This document shows, piece after piece, positions 48,855-58,086 of a stretch of DNA of 64,000 bases (the stretch's first letter is position 1; each line of letters opens with the position of its first letter). The notes under the pieces were generated by a model. It saw only the letters and a program-made list of their open reading frames with translations, searched no databases and was not told the origin of the DNA. Origin of the DNA: an uncultured Alphaproteobacteria bacterium (GTDB lineage Bacteria; Pseudomonadota; Alphaproteobacteria; Geminicoccales; Geminicoccaceae). The stretch covers positions 5,518 to 69,517 of the forward strand of contig CAVWCI010000015.1 of assembly GCA_963753315.1 (NCBI GenBank), written 5' to 3'. The position numbers and the translations under genes are program-made.

Positions 48855-48944
48855 CACAGCATCAGACTTCTATCCAAAATCGTATCCTGAAATCGGTTGG
48901 CGCTGGCCCATTGCAGGGCGCCGCCGCGCATCGGACCGCGCCGG

Positions 48945-49604
48945 TTACTCGCAGATGCGGTAGTGGTCCGAGCTGCCGTGCGATGCCAGGTCGACGTGCA
49001 GGTGATCCTCGTGATGAGGATCCGATCCCGGACCGAGCACGGTCGTGAAATAGCCGCAGGCGGAGGTCCGCAACCCGGCGAGGAAGGCGCGCTCCGGGGC
49101 GGCGCGATCTGCCCCATCCGGCGGCTCGATCAGGACCTGCCCGCCGTCCGCCAGCTCGAAGCCGCGGATGTCGAGGGCGATGCCGAAGGCGTGCACGCTA
49201 AGCTCGGCGCCCGGCTGCTGGTTGCGGGGACGGCAGGCGTAGCCCGGCCCGACCAGGACTTTGGCGGCCGGCTGGCCGAGATGGTAGAGAGCCGTCGGGA
49301 TCGCGATCTCGGCGAGCCACCTCGTCAGAACGGTGGCGAACCCGCAGGCCAGGATCGGCGTCTCGACAAATTCCAGCGTGTGCCGACCGCTCGCGACGCT
49401 GTGGAGACGCACCGGCTGCTCGACCACGCAATCCTGGTCGGCCGGCTCGATGGTCGCCGGCTCGGCCTGCACGCCCAGGTCGGCAAGGGCGGCAAGACAT
49501 GCCATGTCGTCGAGCGGCTCCTGTGCAACGCCCGCACTGTTCATGCCCACCAGCTGCATGGCGACGATGCACAGGCAACCGAGCCTGCGGCGCGGCGACC
49601 TCAC
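48945..49604 (-). CDS. extensin-like C-terminal domain family protein (secreted)
   Basis: The tail of ORF 48945..50336 reads ...ACGFATVLTRWLAEI...SVHAFGIALDIRGFELADG...LRTSACGYFTTVLGPGSDPHHEDHLHVDL. The GTG start at 49604 overlaps the upstream stop (GTGA). A signal-like N-terminus is present. Confidence 0.68.
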   Translation of the reverse strand: MRSPRRRLGCLCIVAMQLVGMNSAGVAQEPLDDMACLAALADLGVQAEPATIEPADQDCVVEQPVRLHSVASGRHTLEFVETPILACGFATVLTRWLAEIAIPTALYHLGQPAAKVLVGPGYACRPRNQQPGAELSVHAFGIALDIRGFELADGGQVLIEPPDGADRAAPERAFLAGLRTSACGYFTTVLGPGSDPHHEDHLHVDLASHGSSDHYRICE

Positions 49605-50652
49605 CCGGCGCCGCCGTCGCGCACGAACCGCTCGGGTCGGTAGGGCTCGAGCAGCTCGATCCTTGCGCCGTCGAGAACCTCCATGGCCGCGAAGCGGCCG
49701 GCTGCCGCCGCCAGCGTGATGCCGCTGTGCATGGTGGCGAGATAGAGGCCCGGCAGGCCCGGCGCGAAGCCCAGCACCGGCATGCCGTCCGCGGGCATCG
49801 GCCGCGTGCCGACCGTCACCTCGTCGAGCTCCAGCGCGTCGGCGCCGCGCAGATGCTCCTTGACCAGGGCCAGCAGGCGCCGGCCCTCTGCCTCGACGTC
49901 GTTCGGCGCAGGGCCGCCGCCGAAATCCTGGCCGGCGACGATGCGGCGAGCGCTCCTGCTTCATGTGCAGCCCCGGCGCCTGGACGACCTGGCGCAGCAG
50001 CGGTGCCGTCGGCCTGCTATGCGCCAGCAGGCCTTGCGTCGGGCGCATCGGCACGGACAGCCCGAGCTTCGCGCACAGCGCCGAGGTCGCGGCCCCGGTC
50101 GCGAGCACGCAGACATCCGCATCCAGCGCGCGCGGATCCGCCACCTCGGTTTCCAGACGGATCTCGGCCCCTAGCGAGGCCGCAGCGGCGAGCAGGCGCC
50201 CGGGTCGCTGCCACCGGCTCGACCGTGGCATCGCCTGCGGCATAGGCGGCCCGCTCGGGCGGTGCGACCAGGCAGGGCTCGAGGGCCGCGATCTCGGCCC
50301 GCTCGACAAGGCGCACGTCGTAGCCCCAGGCGGCATGGCGGCTCGCGAACGCTTCGAGGTCGTGGGCCGGGAGGTCCCAGATCAGGCAGCCGCGCCAGAC
50401 GACGCCGAGCGCGCCGCCGAGCTCGTCCTCGAGCCGGCGCCACTCTCCCATGCCGAGGAAGCGCAGGCGGAAGTACGGTTCGGGGTTGCCCCAGGTGGCG
50501 TTGATCCAGGCGAACGACTTTTCGGTCGCCTGACCGGCCGGCCGGCCACGATCGTACACGGTGACCGGTGCGCCGCGGCGCGCCAGGTGATACGCGATCG
50601 AGGCGCCGACGATGCCGGCGCCGATCACGGCGACGCGCGGTGCCGTGCTCAT
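49601..50652 (-). pseudogene. FAD-dependent oxidoreductase (DadA/DAO-like), frame-disrupted
   Basis: MSTAPRVAVIGAGIVGASIAYHLARRG..., then LLAAAASLGAEIRLETEV...VLATGAATSAL..., then ...GTRPMPADGMPVLGFAPGLPGLYLATMHSGITLAAAAG. Shifts are near 50205 and 49950. Confidence 0.75.
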
Positions 50653-51487
50653 CGCCCCTCCGGCGCTTCGAGCAGGCCCTTGAGGTAGCCGATCGCACGC
50701 GCGGCGCTGGTCGGACCGTCGGGCTCGTAGACGAACGGCTCGACCGAGCGCGATGCCCGCATAGCCCTGGCGCCGCAAGGCCGCGAGAATCGGCGCAAAG
50801 CGCAGCTGGCCCTGGCCGGGCGCCCGCCGGTTCGGGTCGTTCAGATGGATGTGCGCGACCTCGCCGCCCGGCAGCCAGCGGTCGATCAGGTCCGCGATCG
50901 GCTGCGCCTCGGCCTGGCCGGCGGCGCAGGTGTCGATCATGGTGCGCACGGCCGGGCTGCCGATCGCGCGCACGATCTTCGCCGCCTCCTCGACGGTGTT
51001 GATCAGCGGCGTCTCGCTCTTGGCGAGCGGCTCGATGCAGTAGGTGACGCCCGCCTTCTCCGCATCCTCGGCGATCGCGGCAAAGCACTCGCTGGCGTGA
51101 CCGAGCGCCGCGCTTCGCGCTCTGGCCTTGCGCGATCTGGCGCGCGCCCGGCGAGCCGTGCACCAGGATGGTGCCGCCGAGATCGACGCAAAGCTCGATC
51201 AGGCCGCGCATCACCTCGACCGTGCGCATGCGCGTGCCGTAATGGTCGCTGGTGATCGAGAGGCCCTCTGGCACCAGGAGCAGCCAGTGCAGTCCGGTGA
51301 TCGTGAGCCCGGCGTCCTCGGCGATGCGGCGAAGCTCCAGGCGCCGCTCGTAAGGCAGCCGCTCAGGCTCGTCGGACAGGGTGAAGGGTGCGATCTCGAG
51401 GCCGTCGTAGCCGAGGCCCCTGGCGAGCGCGCACTGTGCCGGAAAGTCGAGCGCGAACACCACCTCGTTGCACAGGCTGATCCTCAT
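50649..51487 (-). pseudogene. xylose-isomerase-like TIM-barrel protein (sugar phosphate isomerase/epimerase family), frame-disrupted
   Basis: MRISLCNEVVFALDFPAQCALARGLGYDGLEIAP...GGTILVHGSP, then ...YCIEPLAKSETPLINTVEEAAKIV...DTCAAG...HIHLNDPNRRAPGQG, then a hand-translated end EPFVYEPDGPTSAARAIGYLKGLLEAPEGR. Shifts are near 51140 and 50755. Confidence 0.7.
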
Positions 51488-53019
51488 CTAACCTCCCTGG
51501 AAACCTCCCTGGCCGCAGCGCGGCGCGGCAGCAGGCGGGCGAGTGCTGTGCGGACCCGGCCAAAGCTCAGCAGCACGGTGATCGCGATGGTGACCCAGAG
51601 CACCAGGCTGATCGGCCGGATCAGGAAGGGAACCGGGCTGCCGTCGCTCAGCACCAGGCCGCGGCGCAGGCTGGTGTCCAGGATCGGGCCGAGCACCAGG
51701 CCGAGCACCAAAGGCGCCATCGGATACCGCATCTCGCGCAGCACCAGGCCGAGGATGCCGAAGGCCAGCATGATCCAGATGTCGAACACCCGGCTCGCGA
51801 TCGCGAACGAGCCGATCGTGCAGAGCACGAAGATCACCGGCATGAGGCGCTCGCGCGGCACCGCCAGCACGTAGAGCAGCGGCCGCGTCAGCAGCAGGCC
51901 GAAGATCAGGATGCCGAAGGTCGCCAGGACGCACATGGCGACGACCTCAAAGATGAAGGTCGGGAACTCGATCATGATCAGCGGACCCGGCCGCACGCCG
52001 TGGATGAACATCGCGGCGAGCAGCACCGCCGCCGGCGCCGAGCCCGGCACGGCGAGCGTCAGGACCGGGATGATGGCGCCCGGCACGGCGGCGTTGTTGC
52101 CGGTCTCGGCCGCGGTCAGGCCTTCGACCGAGCCCTTGCCGAATTTTTCGCGCTCCCTGCTCGCGCGGCGCGCCGCGGCATAGGACGCCCAGGCGCCCAT
52201 GTCCTCGCCCACGCCCGGCAGGATGCCCATGGTGGTGCCGATGATGCCGGAGCGGATGATCGTCCGCCAGTAGCGGGTCAGGTCCTCGAGCTTCGGCAGC
52301 ACCCGGTCGGTCGCCGACCTCACGGTCTCCGCCGCCCGCTCCTTCATCACGATCAGGACCTCGGAGAAGCCGAACGCCCCGACCAGCGCCGGCAGCAGGC
52401 CGATGCCGCCTGCAAGATCGGTGCTGCCATAGGCAAAGCGCGGGTAGGCGTGCACGCCCTCCTGCCCGACCATCGCCACGAGCAGGCCCAGAAAGCCCGA
52501 GATCCAGCCCTTGATCGGATCGTCGAGCGCGGTCAGATGGCCGCAGATCACGATCCCGAAAACGGCCAGCCAGAAGAACTCGAAGGCGCCGAAATCGAGC
52601 GCGAACTCGGCGAGCACCGGGGCGATCGTGGCCAGGAACAGGATGCCGATCATGCTGCCCAGGAACGATCCGGTGGTCGCGATGCCCATGGCCCGGCCCG
52701 CCTCGCCCCGGCGGGCGAGGGGAAATCCGTCCAGCGTGGTCGCGGCGTTGGCGGGCGTGCCGGGGATGTTGAGCAGGATGGCGCTGCGCGAGCCGCCATA
52801 GATCGCGCCGATGTACATGCAGATCAGGATGAGGATGGCGTCGTTGGCGGCCATCTTGAAGGTCAGCGTGGTCATGAGCGCCACGCCGAGCGTCGCGGTG
52901 AGGCCGGGCAGGGCGCCGACCGCGATGCCGAGCAGCGTCGCCCAGGTCACGGCGAGCAGCGCGTCCACGGTCATGAAGCCGAGCAGCGCCTGGCCGAGCA
53001 TGGCGAGGTTGTCAAGCAC
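51484..53019 (-). CDS. tctA: tripartite tricarboxylate transporter permease TctA
   Basis: Intact 511-aa polytopic ORF (GIAVGALPGLTATLGVALMTTLTF...). The stop overlaps the downstream ATG (ATGA). Confidence 0.88.
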   Translation of the reverse strand: MLDNLAMLGQALLGFMTVDALLAVTWATLLGIAVGALPGLTATLGVALMTTLTFKMAANDAILILICMYIGAIYGGSRSAILLNIPGTPANAATTLDGFPLARRGEAGRAMGIATTGSFLGSMIGILFLATIAPVLAEFALDFGAFEFFWLAVFGIVICGHLTALDDPIKGWISGFLGLLVAMVGQEGVHAYPRFAYGSTDLAGGIGLLPALVGAFGFSEVLIVMKERAAETVRSATDRVLPKLEDLTRYWRTIIRSGIIGTTMGILPGVGEDMGAWASYAAARRASREREKFGKGSVEGLTAAETGNNAAVPGAIIPVLTLAVPGSAPAAVLLAAMFIHGVRPGPLIMIEFPTFIFEVVAMCVLATFGILIFGLLLTRPLLYVLAVPRERLMPVIFVLCTIGSFAIASRVFDIWIMLAFGILGLVLREMRYPMAPLVLGLVLGPILDTSLRRGLVLSDGSPVPFLIRPISLVLWVTIAITVLLSFGRVRTALARLLPRRAAAREVSREVR

Positions 53020-53046
53020 GTGCGGCGCTTTCCGTCGACGACCGGA

Positions 53047-53541
53047 TCACGGCAGCCGCACCAGGAAGACGTACTGAAAGAGCGCGGTGACGCCGACGGC
53101 GATCACGGCGGCGAGCAGCGGCGCGAAGGCAAGGCGGCGCGCGCGATCCGCCCGGTCGGTGGCAAGCGGCCACTCGAACAGGATCACGAAGGCGGTGATG
53201 AACAGAAAGGTCGCGAGCCAGAACGGCACGGTGCCGACCAGCCCCCCGGCGTAGACCAGGCACAGCGCGATCGAGAGGGCAGCGCGCCGGACGCCGGGAT
53301 CGTCCGCGCGGCGCGGCGCCGCCGGCCACGCCAGGCGCCAGCCCCCGGCGCGCGCAGCGCGCACGAACAGGATCGCGCCGAGCGCCAGGATGATCGCGCC
53401 CAGAACGCCGGGCACGAGACCGGGGGCCGTATAGGGATTGGCGTTGCGCTCCTCGAAGCGCGGCATGTCCAGGCTGGCCCAGACCACGGCCACGCCGAGC
53501 AGCATCAGAACCAGCCCGGTGATGAAGTCGGCCCTCGGCAT
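53047..53541 (-). CDS. tctB: tripartite tricarboxylate transporter small subunit TctB
   Basis: 164-aa four-TM protein (MPRADFITGLVLMLLGVAVVWASLDMP...) within ORF 53047..54225, immediately upstream of tctA. Confidence 0.75.
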   Translation of the reverse strand: MPRADFITGLVLMLLGVAVVWASLDMPRFEERNANPYTAPGLVPGVLGAIILALGAILFVRAARAGGWRLAWPAAPRRADDPGVRRAALSIALCLVYAGGLVGTVPFWLATFLFITAFVILFEWPLATDRADRARRLAFAPLLAAVIAVGVTALFQYVFLVRLP

Positions 53542-53573
53542 GCCTGCCGTGGGGCTGCTGGGCGCAGGGTCGC

Positions 53574-54632
53574 TCACGACAGCCAGCGGTCCAGGTTGCG
53601 GGCGACGAAGGCGTCGTCGTTGAGCTCGGGATAGGCCCTGTAGACCCTGTCGATCTCGGCCGCCTGGCCCGGGCTCAGGCCTTCGCCCGCATCGAGGCAC
53701 CAGGTGCCCTCGAGCAGGCCTTGGCGGCGCAGCACCTCGTGGCAGCCGGCGATGCAGCCCGAAAAATCGTTGGCGGCATCGAAGAACGCGGCGTTGCAGT
53801 CGGTGACCGCCGCGTCGAGGGCGAGCAGATCCGGGTCGATCGCCCGCTCGAGCGCAGCGCGCCTCACCCTGGCGACCAGCTCGACCGCCCTTTTCGTCCA
53901 GACGCACCAGTGCCCGAGCAGGCCGCCGGTGATCCTGACCGTCACCTCCTCCTCGCCGCGGCGAAAGGTGAACGGCGTGAGCAGGTCGGCCACGATGTGG
54001 TCGTCGTTGCCGGTCAAGAGCGTGATGCGGCGCTCGGCGCCCGCCTCGACCACGCCGCGGATCGCGTCCAGCGTGCGGTAGCGGTTGAACGGCGCGATCT
54101 TGATCGCGACGACGTTGTCGATCGCGGCGAAGCGGCGCCAGAAGCTCGCCGGGAGCACCAGGCCGCCGACCGCCGGTTGCAGATAAAAGCCCACCAGCGG
54201 GATTGCTTCGGCGACCCGCGCGCAATGCGCGATCAGCTCGTCCTCGGACGCGCCCTTCAGCGCCGCGAGGCTGAGCAGGCCGGCATGGTAGCCGAGGCCG
54301 CGCGCGACATCGGCCTCGCGCAGGGCCTGCTCCGTCCGGCCCACCAGGCCCGCGACCATGACCAGCGGCCGCCCGGCCTCGCTCGCGACCTCGGCCGCGG
54401 TCGCCAGCACCGGCTCATAAAGCCCGACCTCGCGAATCGCGAACTGGGTGGTATGCACGCCGACGGCGAGCCCGGAGGCGCCGGCATCGACATAGTAGCG
54501 GCCGAGCGCCCTTTGGCGCCGAAGATCGAGCGCGCGCCGCGCATCGAGCGCCAGCGGATGCGCCGGGATCACCGCTCCCTCGCGCAACGCGCCGAGCACG
54601 CCCTCCGGCAACTCACGCCAATGCAGCCCCAT
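53574..54632 (-). CDS. dihydrodipicolinate synthase/N-acetylneuraminate lyase superfamily protein
   Basis: Intact 352-aa ORF with TIM-barrel aldolase-like sequence (GLAVGVHTTQFAIRE...VAIKIAPFN). Family-level call only. Confidence 0.65.
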   Translation of the reverse strand: MGLHWRELPEGVLGALREGAVIPAHPLALDARRALDLRRQRALGRYYVDAGASGLAVGVHTTQFAIREVGLYEPVLATAAEVASEAGRPLVMVAGLVGRTEQALREADVARGLGYHAGLLSLAALKGASEDELIAHCARVAEAIPLVGFYLQPAVGGLVLPASFWRRFAAIDNVVAIKIAPFNRYRTLDAIRGVVEAGAERRITLLTGNDDHIVADLLTPFTFRRGEEEVTVRITGGLLGHWCVWTKRAVELVARVRRAALERAIDPDLLALDAAVTDCNAAFFDAANDFSGCIAGCHEVLRRQGLLEGTWCLDAGEGLSPGQAAEIDRVYRAYPELNDDAFVARNLDRWLS

Positions 54633-54884
54633 CGCTCCCCCTCGCTTCGCCGGAGCGTCGTCGCAAGCACCGGGCCTGTCAAGGAAGAGGGGGCAGTGGT
54701 CTAAGGCGTGGAGAGTTCGACGAACGCCACGTTCTGGCGCAAGCCCACCATTTGGACCGGACAGAAGCCATGGCAGCCTTGGTCATGGGCGGGTATTCCT
54801 CACGTCGGTTGTGAACGTCCATCGACGGCACGGAGGCGCGATTTATTCCTGACATGCCTGTTGGACGCGGCTAGAGTGGCAATC

Positions 54885-55778
54885 ATGGACTTTCGCTCAC
54901 TCCTGGCTCGGCACCGCTCAGATCTTGCTCTGGTCATTGGCAATGGTATCAACAGATATGGCTCGGCGCCCAACACGAACTCATGGCACGATCTGTTGGT
55001 AACGCTCGCTAGCAAGTTTATTGGAAAACAAAGTGAAAAAATCCCGGCCGGCATCGCACTCACTGAGTTTTACGATATTCTAGAATTGAAGTCTGGACCG
55101 AGCGTACCTGGGAAATCGCTGCAAAAAGAATTCAGCAATCTGATGCGAGAATGGACGCCGCACGAGCATCATAGGCGGATTGTCTACTGGGCAGCTCAAG
55201 CCCGATGCCCGTTGCTAACCACAAATTTTGAGAATGTCCTCGGCGAAGCCGGTGCGTGCACGTTGCTCCATACCCAACGAGATGGATTTACGGATTACTA
55301 TCCCTGGGAAACCTACTACGGACATGGACCGCTTACTGATCCTAGCGTCGGGTTTGGAATATGGCATATCAATGGGATGGAACGCTATCGACGCAGCATC
55401 CGACTCGGATTAACCCACTATATGGGATCTGTCGAGAGAGCAAGAAGTTGGATTCACAAAGGCAAGGAGAGAAGGCTCTTTTCTGGAAACAGCGCACGCG
55501 AGTGGCGAGGCGCGGGCACTTGGCTACACATAGTTTTTAATAAACCCCTTTTGATCTTTGGCCTCGGTCTTGAAGAAAATGAAATTTTCCTTAGATGGCT
55601 TCTTATAGAGAGAGCAAGATATTTCCGAAAGGTTCCCGAAAGAAAGAAGCAAGCGTGGTATATGCATATTGACGAGATGGCTGGCTCAGGAAAGCTCTTT
55701 TTCCTGGAAGGCGTGGGCGTCAAGCCTATCAGGGCCAGGAGCTACGACGAGCTGTACGGTGTGGCGACCTGGACTTGA
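54885..55778 (+). CDS. standalone SIR2-like (SIR2_2-type) protein, candidate NAD-consuming defence effector
   Basis: Low-GC ORF 54708..55778; the likely ATG is at 54885 (297 aa). Motifs occur in SIR2 order: LALVIGNGIN (Rossmann glycine loop), PLLTTNFENVL (Asn 55224-55226), GIWHINGM (His 55365-55367), PLLIFGLGLEENEIFLRWLL. Confidence 0.7.
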   Translation: MDFRSLLARHRSDLALVIGNGINRYGSAPNTNSWHDLLVTLASKFIGKQSEKIPAGIALTEFYDILELKSGPSVPGKSLQKEFSNLMREWTPHEHHRRIVYWAAQARCPLLTTNFENVLGEAGACTLLHTQRDGFTDYYPWETYYGHGPLTDPSVGFGIWHINGMERYRRSIRLGLTHYMGSVERARSWIHKGKERRLFSGNSAREWRGAGTWLHIVFNKPLLIFGLGLEENEIFLRWLLIERARYFRKVPERKKQAWYMHIDEMAGSGKLFFLEGVGVKPIRARSYDELYGVATWT

Positions 55779-56321
55779 TGGGCCCGCCCAAAAGCACCCC
55801 TGATCGGGACAGGGAGTGCGTCCTCCTCGACGGCGGAGAGCGAGAAGGGTGGCGAACCGCGCCTGAGCCGATCGATCGAGCCCCTCGACTGGAACGCCGG
55901 CGCCCTTTGATCTCGAAGGCACCCTCGACCCCGGCAGCGACCTGCGAAGAGCAGTTCTTGCCCGATCGAAGACCCTTCTCCTGCCGCGACGGCGCCCTGG
56001 CGCATGGTGGTGCAAAAATGCGACGGGTGACGCAAGAATGCGACGGGGTGGCGCATATCACATGCCGCAGCGCACGGTGCGCGTCGCATGCCTTCCCTTC
56101 GCCCGCGCGGTGCGGGACGATCATTCCTGGAGCTCTGATTCGGTTAAACTTGGCACTGCCTGTTGCAGCGCCTCCCCATTGGCGAGGCCTCGTCCGCACC
56201 AGCCTCCCCTTGAACCAACCCGGAAGCCGCCATGCGTCGTCCCGGAGCCGCGTCTGGCGCGGCGTCTTCGAGCATTCCCCGCGCCGCAGGTCGCCACCGC
56301 CGGCGCGCGCGAAAAAAACCA

Positions 56322-56353
56322 ATCGAACCTGAAGCCCGCGGAAATCCTGGCGA
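56322..56353 (+). repeat. copy 1 of an imperfect 32-nt direct repeat in a non-coding stretch
   Basis: ATCGAACCTGAAGCCCGCGGAAATCCTGGCGA matches copy 2 at 28 of 32 positions. Confidence 0.6.
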
Positions 56354-56480
56354 AGTCGCGCCCGCTACGGCCGCGGACGAACCCGGGACCGTCCTTGAGC
56401 TGCGACCTGGAGCCGCCACACGGTATCCGGCGGCCTAGCGACCTGAGTCGCGCCAGAAGCCGGCGCACGGCAGGAATCCG

Positions 56481-56512
56481 ATCGAACCCGAAGCCCGCAG
56501 AAACCCTTGCGA
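56481..56512 (+). repeat. copy 2 of the imperfect 32-nt direct repeat
   Basis: ATCGAACCCGAAGCCCGCAGAAACCCTTGCGA lies 159 nt downstream of copy 1. Confidence 0.6.
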
Positions 56513-56671
56513 GATCAGCTCCGTGACGGCCGCTGGGCCTGCAAACGCTGCAGCGCACCGCCGGGCCGACCAAGCTTGGCGACCGGGCGCCGCTGCAGGA
56601 AGCCGAACGCCACGGGTCCAGGGCACGGGCGGCCCTGGCGCCGCAGCGTCAGGTGGTGTGAGGCCTGGGGA

Positions 56672-57988
<1,317 letters not shown>

Positions 57989-58086
57989 TCAGCCCGGCCG
58001 CGTGGCGCGCGACGCCATGGCACTGCGATGCTTAGGGCAATCTTTACCGCGCGGGCACAAGGTCTGCGCGGGACAGATCGCCCTGA

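Noticed and set aside
54790-55800. 8-bp inverted match (TGGGCGGG left, CCCGCCCA right) flanking the SIR2-like gene
   Set aside because: It is too short and too GC-rich to be distinguished from chance in this genome. I found no longer direct or inverted repeats at the boundaries.
56151-56166. TGGCAC...TTGC sigma54-like string in the non-coding stretch
   Set aside because: The spacer is 6 nt (GG-N11-GC) rather than the strict N5 (GG-N10-GC), and no gene lies downstream.
56311-56335. GGTTCGAT-like T-loop strings on the minus strand (also near 56476-56492), considered as a possible tRNA or att site
   Set aside because: The flanking bases cannot form a T-stem or an acceptor stem. I found no tRNA-like cloverleaf anywhere in the window by eye. 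tRNAscan-SE would be decisive.
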